64,000 bases of DNA from Camelus dromedarius (lineage: Eukaryota). The stretch lies in contig NC_087437.1 of NCBI RefSeq assembly GCF_036321535.1, positions 15,626,001 through 15,690,000 of the forward strand, read 5' to 3'. Each line of letters starts with the position of its first letter. Within the stretch, counting starts at the first letter, position 1. Under the pieces are notes generated by a model that was not told where the DNA came from, made no database searches, and saw only the letters and a list, made by a program, of their open reading frames with translations. Shown one piece after another: positions 12,453 through 22,405 of this stretch. Made by a program: the position numbers and the translations under genes.

Positions 12453-14440
12453 CACGCGTGGGCACCTTTCACCTGCTTCTTGCTTTACCTTCTCCCCTGG
12501 CCTTATCTGACTCCTTGCATTTTTATTGTTAGGGTCGTCAGTCGCCCTCACGAGGGGGTCAGCTCCACTGGGACAGGCACCTTTGTCTGTTGTGTTCTCT
12601 GATGCTCCCCAGCGCCGGTGTTTGGAGATGCTTTTTGTGGAAGGAATGGGTCAGTGTTAGTGTGGACTCCAGCTCAGCCCCAGAGCAGGGCAGCCTCTCC
12701 CTCACTTCGGTCTAGGCTCCCAGCAGGTCTTACTGCTGGGCCCATCCCATCCTGACCTACAGAGGACGCTGTCTTACTTGCAGGGTGCCAAGGCCACTCT
12801 CTTCTGACCCTCTGGAAGCCTTGGACACTGGGAGGTGGCATGTGAGTGGCCCACAAAAGCCAGGCGGGGCTCTTATGACTGGCAGGCCCCATCCCAGCCT
12901 TGTCCCACCCCGCAGGTCTGACAGTGGCCCCTTGCTCGGGGGCCACAGCAGCCACATCTTAGCTTTCTCCTCTGTCAACAGGGGTAACACATGACCCCAT
13001 CCAGGGGTGTGGCCAGAACTAAGGGAGATCATTGGTTGCCAATCCATCCTCCCTTTAGTTAGGTATTGCTTACTTTTGTTTTGGGGAGAGCTGAGTGCTG
13101 CTAGTCCATTTCAGAGAAGAAGGGGCCCTGGCCTGTTCTTGTGGTGCTCAGGGCAGTAGCAGGTCGCAGTGGCCCACTGAGTAGGCCCCAGGGCTTGTCC
13201 TGGAGCCGTACTCCCAGGAATTCTGCCCTAAAAGGATACTGACCCAGATTGCAAGGAGAGCTGGCCACCTCCTGCTGGGACCTTGAACCTACAGGCCAGT
13301 CCTCATGACCTGCCGGTACCTCTCCTTGGGGATGCGGGGCTAGCCGGTGTTTCACAAAGCAATGCCCCCAGAGGCTCGGGATGCTCCAGGCCTCCTCCTT
13401 CACACTGCACCCTGGACATACCCCTTACAGGTTAGGGCATCAGTGCTGAGAGCAACATGGTAAAACCTTAAGGCCGAGTCTAGGCGAGCTCTCAGGCACC
13501 CGGCCCTGAGTCTTTCGTGCAGAGCAGAAGACCAAGGTGAGGGGTGGGGTCTGGTTGGGGGTGGTGTCGAGGGCAGTAGGGGGGTGGGGGGGTCTCCAAC
13601 GTGGTCTCTCCTCCAGCTGTAGCTGCAGAGTCATCCTGTTTTTAGCCCATCATGCTCTCAGATACAGTCAACTGCAGAGTCAGCACACGGATGGCCTTGA
13701 CTGTCCTCCCAGAGCCCCCGGGACCCATCCCGGCAAAGCGAGGATTCCCAAGGAAGGGCCGCTCACTCGCTCTCACTGAATTATACTTGTCCCCGGAGGG
13801 AAGGCCCTGAAGACTAGTCTTCGGAGGAGAGGCCAGGGAACAGCTGGGACTCAGGAGGGACGGCTTGGACCTGGTGTGCCGGCAGGGGGAGGCCAGATTG
13901 CAGGGCGGCTGCGGAAGCAGGAGCCGTGTGAAGGGTAACAGCTGAGGCCGTGGTGGTGGTTGGGGGTGGGAGGGGGGTCAGATTATTCCAGCTCTCACTC
14001 TTGCTGGCCTTGTGATCCTGGACAAAAGACCACCTTTCTCAGCCTCAGTTTACTCAAATGAAGATAGCATGAGTACCAATCAAATGTGCCTGTTGTGAAA
14101 CTTAATTCACAGGAGAATGATCAAGTACAAGGCCTGGCAGGGTGCCCAGTGTGAGGTCAGCCCTCAGCAAATGTTAGGTACAGTGATGACAACTGGGCGA
14201 TGATGAGGACAGCAGGGGGTTCTGTGGCCCGAAGGCTTCATTTCTTTCTCCCATGACACATGCAGCCTCTTACTGCTCCCCGTGGGATGCGGGGAGAGGG
14301 GGAGGGGGCACCCACATCCATCCACAGGGCAGAGAGGACCCTGCTCCCCACAGTCTGCACTCTGCAGCTGCTGTCTGTGGTGGGGGCATCAGATCCAGGC
14401 GCGCAGGAGCGGGATGAGAGGTCACAGGTGGTGGCCTTAC

Positions 14441-14503
14441 CTTGGCTGTCGTAGGACGTGATAACCTGGGTCTGCTGGGGGTGCTGTTTCTCCACCAGGT
14501 TTC
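14441..14503 (-). CDS. KY: KY coding exon 3 (63 nt; GNLVEKQHPQQTQVITSYDSQ)
   Basis: Acceptor tcttctttaaatag|GA and donor CAAG|gtaagg. In frame, and matches recalled KY 'LVEKQHPQQPQVITSY'. Confidence 0.95.
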
Positions 14504-17500
14504 CTATTTAAAGAAGACAGAGGGACCAGCGGTGACCACTGAGCCCACGTGAGGCAGAATCTTCTCCGAGCAGAACAGAAAGCTGGCGGGGGCCCGGCTC
14601 ATTCCAGGTCTGGTCTAAACATGTGTGAATCAGCAGTGTTGCACATCTGAATGCAGAGCCAGGTGACTGTGCGCTGGTGCACACACACCCTCCTGCTCTC
14701 AGCAGGGGCCACAAGAGGTCGGGTTTCTTCTCAAGAAGTTGGGGATGACTCCCATGGGCTAAGTGACCACAAGTCCCAACTTCGGCATCACCAGGCAGTT
14801 CCCCTAGGGCAAAGGGAAGCCTCACCGGTTTCCACAGCTTTCTCTGGAGCACCCTGGGATTGGTTAACTTTTTAAGGGTGGGTGGGTCAGATCCGAGACT
14901 TGAATGCAAGTCTCCTGCCTCCAGCTCAGCCTCCTACCTCCCTGTGAGAAGAACAAGAGGGGGGGGGCCACTCGCCTCCTACTCCAGCCTAGGAGTTGGG
15001 GTGCTTGCAGGTTGCTTCAGTTTCACAAGCACCTGCAGGACACCCACCACGCGAACGCTCTCTCCACACACTGGGAATATTCATGTCCCCGACACACAGA
15101 GCCGTCCTCAGAGCTGAGTGAAGTCAGGCTGCTGTAGAAAGATGCCCAGTTCCTGCCGTGGGCCATGGAGGGGGAACCCTTAGGCATATCTGCCCCTCCC
15201 ATGGGAAGCACTGCCTTTCCTGTATCTCTCCCTTCACGGCCGCTGTGGTGGCCTGGTCTTACTGAGGCTGCCCTTGACCCTCTGCTTCAGAGGAGTAGGG
15301 GGTGGCCCCGGGAAAGGCCCGAGTTACGGCAGTAGGAGGTCTCCCCGCCACCACCACCCTGGCCCCTGCCAGGCTGCAGAAAGGCCATTGGCCTGCCACT
15401 GGAAGTGACCACTGGGACCGGTGCCCGAGCCTGGTGCAAGCAGGCCGCTGGGGCGCTGGCCTGACCTGGTTCCATTCACATGACGTCCCTAGTGTACCCA
15501 ACCAGATCTGCCACTCAGCATTTCCCACGCCTGGGCCAGGCAGAGGCCAGTCAAGGTGGGTTCATTCAGCTGGACTGAACCTGCGATCCACCTGGCAGGG
15601 TCTTTGCCCTGGAGAAGCCCGCCTGCTCCAGCAGGCCCCTCCCCTCCGCCCCTCCGGGGCTGAAGTAGGTCGTTCGGCTGAGGGCCAGGACCACTGTGGG
15701 TGCTGACCCAGGGTGATGCAGTGTGCTGGGCTGCAACACCAGGCCAGACCCAGGCGAGGACAGGGAGACCGCCTCCTGCGGGCACAGCTGGCCGATGGAG
15801 GAAATAAGATCTGGGAAGGGAATCCTCAAGGAGGCTGATTGGCTGGCATGGCTGCTGTGGGGTATTTATAGTCAGGGCTGCACAACTGATTTCCCTGTAG
15901 CTGTGGGGCATTAGTCCCTGTGCTGCTAGGCAGACTTCAGCCAGGACCAAGGAAAGCAGCCAATCACAGCAGGGGAAGCCCGTTGCCGGGGAAGTTGGTG
16001 GCTCAGCCCAAACACCTGCTGCTTGGAAAAGTTTGGAGCAGTCAGGCTCCCCCTCACCCCACGCCGCCAATGCCCCAGCCCAAGGAGCGTGTGGGGCAGC
16101 AAGAGGGGGAACATGTGCCCTTTTGGACCAACCCCACGTTCAGCCACATTTGTGCACACTCCACCAAGCATAAGCCATCAGCTGCTTCCTTTTCAGATGA
16201 AAGCCATCCAGTTTCCAGGGCTGGGCAGCCTGCAGGTTACCAGGGCTAGGTGCCTTGCACATCAGCAAGGCAAGTGCGTATTCTGGACCTCACCATCGGA
16301 AAACACAGAAAGAAGCTATAACTTTCATTTCTGCCTGCATTCAAGCAGGCCACTTGAAAAAATATACACATTTTACTTGAAGTAATTTTAAAATTACATA
16401 TGCTGGTGGAGTGGTGGAACCATCATCTTTTCCAGGATGAAGTCTTCTGGGGGATCTCTTTCCAGCCCTGCATTTATCCGAAACTCTCAGTTCTAGGGTG
16501 GTTTTTGCAAGAACTACTTTAATCATTGTCTTCATCGGCGGGCACACTGTACTAAGACCCACTTCATGTCTTTAAGAAGAGTCTTGTAAGTCTGGTAACA
16601 GTTACTGTGTCCCTTTGTGTTTTGTTATATTTTTCTACTAACTTTCCCCCAAACCAGGAACCCTGAAGATGGTAAAAAAAAAAAAAAAAAAAAAGAGGAT
16701 GAATTCAGTATCTTTTCGATCCTCTCCTGATGTGACAACATGCCCGAGAAGCCACAAGATGAATTTCAGACAGCTCAGGCAAGGTAAGAGCTGCAACAGA
16801 TGAAGATGCTGTGTTTCTTCCCCCCGCCGGGCCCATTTGCCCTCACCCCACCCGCGCATTGGCTGAGCATGGCTGCGTGCATAGGCAGCTATGCATTTCT
16901 GCGGCTGACAGGTCTCTGGAGGTCTGACTCTTCTTGTAAATCTCATGAGCCCGCAGCATAGATTCGCTAACACTGATGTCTGCTTCCATAGAGCTAGAGC
17001 TGGTGCATCTCCCATCAGATGGCCCCGGTAGCAGGGTTAAGGAGGCCATCCCACCCACATGTGCACATCAGCCAGGACATTGAGGGGTGGTCCCTGGGGG
17101 CAGGGGTGTCTTGGGGATATCACCTCCACGCACAGCAAGGGGGACACAGGCAAGCTCTTCACCTCCAGGGTGCTGAGACTCCACTGCGGTGAATGGCCTT
17201 ATGAGCAATCATTCTAACAGGGCCCCAGGAGGGCAGGCATTCTTGACTGTCCTGTTCACTGTTTCACTTACAACAGTTAGAACTCCTCTTGCCACAAGTG
17301 AGCACTGTAAGGAAGGAATGAATGAACGAATTTATTCTTAGAAGTTCATCCTTCCCCTTTATTACTGTCAGAAGGATGGCAGAGCATAGCAACTGAGGTC
17401 TTGTCTCCCACTTGAGCAGGGTCACACTGGCACTGATGAGTCAGTCATCTGATCCAGGGGCTCACACAGCCAGGGTCCCATCGGGGCTCTGGGAGTGGAG

Positions 17501-18145
17501 GTCTGATTCCTGCTAGAATTCTCACATGCCCTCAGTGCAGTTCCACAATGTTCGTTCCTGGAGGTTGGGCTTATAACTCTCAGAAGGGCACAGAATAAGG
17601 CCCAGTATATCGGTCCAGGCACAGCATTGCCAGAGAAATCCTGGCCCTGCAGGACGACTGCCGCCTGGCACCAAAAAGAAGAGGCTTTGGAAGCTGATTT
17701 CCCTCAGATCTTATTGTATTCTGGGTCCCAGGCCAGGAGTCACAGAACACTTGACCGGCATTTCCCTAGGCCTTGAGTAACACTATCCAAGGCAGGCCGC
17801 CATTTTCACAAAATTTTCAAAAGACGGATGACCTGAGAAGCCCCATCTCTCTTGGGAACACATCCAAACCCCACCATCCCAAATGACTCCAGGTTCTCCC
17901 TGATAGCCAGCAAACATGTGGACGCTCAGGTTTACAGCATTCACCCCCGCAATAGCCAAGGAAAACTTGCCATGGTCACAGTGACCCCAGAGACCTGGTT
18001 GAGTCCTGAGCAGCCACTGCCTCAGTGGTTAGATGTCTAGACCAGTCTCCAAACAAACAAAAGAAACCCAGTGCATACAGGCATTTTTCAATATGTTGAA
18101 TTCCAGAGATCGAAAAGAAAATAAAATGAAAACGAGAGAATTTAC

Positions 18146-18208
18146 CATGCAGGTCACTGCCTTCCAATTTCTGCCATCTCCGGATTCCATTTCCGACGAC
18201 TTGGAGTC
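18146..18208 (-). CDS. KY: KY coding exon 2 (63 nt; GLQVVGNGIRRWQKLEGSDLH)
   Basis: Acceptor ttacttcatag|GA and donor CATG|gtaaat. In frame with exon 1 and similar to recalled KY 'GNGVRRWQKLEGNDFH'. Confidence 0.94.
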
Positions 18209-21200
18209 CTATGAAGTAACAAGGACCAGCGTGAGGCTCTGCAGTAGAGAGACCCAGGCCAGGTGCACCATTTGCAAACAGCTCTGGGTCAAAGTGTGGC
18301 TGGTGGATCTTGGCTCTTCAGGGATCTGAGGGAGGTGGCCAGTGAGATGCACTTGGAGGAATGAATGCCATCTTCCACATTTAAAACATTTACAACATCA
18401 CCACGGGAGTTTTCGAGGGTGGCGGGCTGGTGACCAGGATCATCCAGGGAGAATTTTCACAATAGAGATGGCCTTTTGCCACTCCCACATCTCCACTGCA
18501 CGGATGTGGAAGTATTATTATGAAGACATTTGCCATTCATTTTGCCTGCCTATTTCTGTACGTGGTGAATCTTCCACTTACAGAGTCTTGATGGGGAGTG
18601 GCGGGTGGGCACAGACAGCCCATCCCTATGGGAACAGAAAGTTATTGTTGCCTGCTATCCCAGCCTCCCTTGCAGCTAGAGCAGGGACCTGTGTGGCCGA
18701 GGAAAGGCAGTCAGATGCACCTGTGTCCCATTCCATCCTGGGACCTTGTGAAGGAACAGGGAAGGAGATGGAAGCACGTCCTCTCTCTCTCTCTCCCTCT
18801 CTCTCTGGCAGCAGCTAGAAGTGGTAGCTGCAAGGTCGAGTTCCTGGCACAGAACTGGCATACGTCCTGGCAGGGCAAGCAGCGGCAATAAAATCAAGTT
18901 CCTGGCGCAGAAGGAGCATCCAGTGCTCCTTGGTGGCAGCGGAGGCTTCCTCACCAGACCAGCGCTGCTGTGCAGCTTATGGCCCCGTTCCTGGAAGCTC
19001 GGCCTACAAGCTGCTTCTCCAGCCTTTTCCACCATTCTGAACCCTCCAGTCTTTTCTCGACACCCTGCTTTTCTGCAGAGCCCTCCACCATCAGTGTCTG
19101 GACTTACTGCTCGGAACCCTCCCTGATACACCCGGGGAGTGGAGTGCACACATCCCATCAACTTTGAGGAAAAAGCTAAGACATCAAAGCTCTTTCAGAC
19201 CTGGCATGGGCAGTTTGAGGCTACCTCCTCCACGGCCAGGGGAATACACGATAGGCGTTGAGGGCTCCCAGGCACGTTTTGGAGAAGCACCGCTCTAAGG
19301 AAGTGGCTGGGGACATGCTAGGGCCCTACTGGAAAGGGGAGGAGGGTAGAATCTGCTGCCTGGCAGCCTAAATTCCTGGTGCCCACGCTCCTTGCCTCCT
19401 TGTCCCTCTGACTCTTTTCTGCCACACAGACACAGCAGAAAGTCACCTGGTCACAACTTCACATAGTCCTTTGCATGTGACAGTAACCAAGCTTCACTTC
19501 TTTTCTTATGCGGAGCTCAGGCCCTCCTTTGCAGAGCTGGGGAAGATTCCCTGCCCTGCCAGGGACCTGGAGCGGGGAAGTGACAGGATGAGACACCTAG
19601 AAGTCTGTGTGAGGGTGTGTTTTGGATCTTTGCACACCAAGAGGAGGCCTTGGAACAAGCTAGTCTTGTTCAGTGTTGCCCCTCCTTAGGGAGTGGGCCT
19701 GCAGGCTGGCATAGCCAGGGGTCTCCCGGACATGACTGCTGCAGCAGGCCTCGGAGGCCGTGCGCTCGCCCTCTGATGGGCTCCCGTGCAAACCTGTCTG
19801 ATGGTGAATAAGTGACACAGGTCTCTCCACTGCCGTAGAGTGGGAGATATGTCCGTCGGGAAAATATTTGGAGAACAGTATCGGCAGAGTGCAGTCAGCA
19901 AACAGGGGTCTTCTTTCCCTGAGTCACGTTTAGGAGAGTGAAGTGCGTTGGTCTGGAGTCATGCAGGGTTTGTGCCCGGTGTCAAACACCTCTCGGAAGC
20001 AGCCCTGATCTCTGGCATTTATGGCCCTTCTCTGTGATCTCCATCCTAGCTAGTGTCAGAGCCTTTCGGAGAGATGTGATCAGAGGAGGAGAGGGAGGCG
20101 GGGCCTCGTGGGGGCCCCTGGCCCCCTGGACTGCGGTACGTGTAGCAGAGGCAGCCACAATTCTCTCAAGGAAGGCCAATGGCTTCTGCCAGTTCCCTCC
20201 TTACAAACACCCTGGGCGGGCCATTTCCTCTTCTCCCACTAGTAGATCTGAGAACTAAAGTACCAACTGACCCAAACAACTCCAGGGCCCCAAATCCCCA
20301 GGGAGACTGGAGTGCCTGTCAATATCCTCAGCTCTCCATAATTGACTTCTTTCCCCTGCCTGCCTCCCCAAGAAGTTCCCAGGAGCTATGGGGCAGCCCC
20401 AGCCTGTGTGGCTGGTGGCGGCAAAGCCATCCATGGTTCCAGTGCTTCAGTGGAGCGAGTGGAAGGTGAATGTTCAATATGCACAGGGGCCATGGGGACA
20501 GAGAGCCAAGGACAGACTTCAGGGAGCACTGGAGCTGTAAGGGAGGCAGAAGGCGGACGTCATTTTACCTTGAGAGCGGTCAAGCTTCGCTCCCAAAGAA
20601 CCAGGGCATAGTCCACCTACTGCACCTTCACACCAGCCTCCTCAAGGGCTCCTGAGGGCTTCCTGATAGACCCGGACCCAAGGGAGTCTCCGACTTATGG
20701 GGGGCTGATTTAACCTCCATTATTATCCATCTATACTCCCTTCATGCTGTGTCCTGTTCTCTGGAGAGTACAGAAGCCAGAGTCTTGCTTTCCACAATCA
20801 CTCTATGAACAGTCGCTGTATCTTACCAGTCTACCCTTGTCCAGAAAGTCTGTAGGATATTAGAATTAATAGATTAGCCAGAGTAGGGAGAGCAGCCTTT
20901 AAGTCCAACCCTACCCAAGCTTGTGTGCCTTTTACACCTTGTGTGCCTTCTACTGTAGGAGGCTAGGAGAGGGCTCAAGAGAGGGGACACTGAAGCCATG
21001 GGTTGTGCTAGGACACCAAAGGAGCACCCCATCTCAAAATCTAACTCCCCACACAGATCCCCCCGGATCCCCCGTGCCCTGCAATGTGGCCTGTGGGGAG
21101 CAGGCCTTGGGCACGCAAGAGTCAGGCCTGAGGCTCTGGTCCCTTTCCTCCAGGGCATCTTCCAACCTGATCTGCACCCTTCAAAGAGTGACTAGCAGGA

Positions 21201-21269
21201 AACCGGCTCCCGAGGGTGACAGAAGCACAGCAGGCCTGCATGGGGAGTCAACCCAGGGCAATCACGGGG

Positions 21270-22000
21270 CTGCGCGTTGCCACGGGACGCCAGAGCCAGA
21301 GCTGTGGCGCGGAGGCGCAGGCAGCCTTGGGGAGCCGGACGGCCTCGCTGACTTCGTTCGGGGCGCGTGGGGCGCCCCCCGGCGGGCGGGCCCCGGGGCG
21401 AGGAGGCCGAGGGGCTGGGGGCCGGGGCCGGGGCCGGGCGCGCGTTACCTCCTCTGCGCTGCGGCGGCGCGCCCGGGTCCGCCTGCCGGTCCGGGTGCGC
21501 GCCCTGCGCGGCGCGCCGCTTCTCCGAGTGCACGATCAGCAGCATGTCGATGGACACAGCGTTGTCGTCCTTCTTCAGCTCCATGGTGCCGCCCGCTCCG
21601 GCCGGTGCGCCGCGGCCGCTCGCGAGGCTGCCTGCGCTGCAAATGGCCCGTGCGCGCCGCTGCCCGGCGCGGGAGACGGCCAGGGCGCGGGAGAGGGCGC
21701 TCCCCGCCGCCCAGCCGCGGCGCCGCGTTTCGCTGACTCTGCCAAACTCGCCATTAGGGCCCGCCCGGGAGGGCGCTACCCCAATGAAGCGGCTCTAAGT
21801 CACCTTTGAAAGGAAATCCCCCGCCGAGGCCGCCGCTCCCGAGTCTCCCTCCCCGCGCCCCCGGCCTCCCGCCATGGCGCTGGAGCGCGTCCTGGGCCCC
21901 GGGGGTTACTCTCGGGCCGGCGGGGCTCTGCCCCATCCCGCGATTCCAGGAGGCTTTCCGAGAGGGCCTGTAGATCTCCAAAAGGCGCGGCAAATACAGA
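21270..22000. promoter_or_regulatory. KY: CpG island / KY promoter and 5' UTR
   Basis: Very high GC content and dense CpGs around exon 1, in contrast to the CpG-depleted flanks. Contains GC boxes, CCAAT (21781-21785) and an Inr-like CCATTT on the minus strand near 21645. Confidence 0.9.
21449..21584 (-). CDS. KY: Kyphoscoliosis peptidase, coding exon 1 (136 nt; MELKKDDNAVSIDMLLIVHSEKRRAAQGAHPDRQADPGAPPQRRG+G)
   Basis: ATG in a strong Kozak context (ggcaccATGG) inside a CpG island. The peptide matches the KY N-terminus as I recall it (MELKKDxNAVSIDMLLIVHSEKRRAAQG). Ends at donor G|gtaacg, phase 1. Confidence 0.96.
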
Positions 22001-22395
22001 AATCGCACAGTGAGAGTCAATGCAGGAAATGTGAATCGGCAGGGGGCTCCAGATTCGACTGCAAGGTGTGGAGAAATTGGCCAAATTTTGGCCTTGGCGC
22101 CACTCTTTCGGTGGGTGTACTTAGAGCTTGACAGCTCCCTCCGTAAGAGGGAGATAGGTGGATGATGGGGTCATGACCCCCTCCCCCATTACGGCCCCAC
22201 CAGAACTTGGACCTTGCCTACTGGACGTCAACCTAACAATCTTCTCTGGCCTGAAGTGCAAGTCTTCACATCACTGTACCTTCTAGAAGCCTGGCTCTTG
22301 CCCGGTAGGGAAGGGGGAGGGGAAGAGGAGGCGGCTGAGGTGCAGGGAGCAGCCTGCCATGGCTGGCGGTCAGGGAGCTGGACCTGAGGGCCCGT

Positions 22396-22405
22396 CTATT
22401 TTTAG
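22396..22405. promoter_or_regulatory. Candidate MEF2 site CTATTTTTAG (CTAAAAATAG on minus)
   Basis: Exact match to the MEF2 consensus YTA(A/T)4TAR, about 810 bp upstream of the ATG of a muscle-expressed gene. Motif evidence only. Confidence 0.5.

Noticed and set aside
13809..13822. Perfect 14-bp palindrome GAAGACTAGTCTTC (similarly CCATCGATCGATGG near position 22)
   Set aside because: About four palindromes of this length are expected by chance in 64 kb (64000/4^7).
21192..21448. Continuation of the KY exon 1 ORF to 130 aa
   Set aside because: This is read-through into intron 1 past a canonical donor at 21448. KY similarity resumes in exon 2.
20921..21809. Long plus-strand ORFs antisense to KY exon 1 (271, 197 and 143 aa)
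   Set aside because: Stop codons are scarce in a CpG island, the composition is Arg/Ala/Gly/Pro-rich, and there is no independent evidence of coding.
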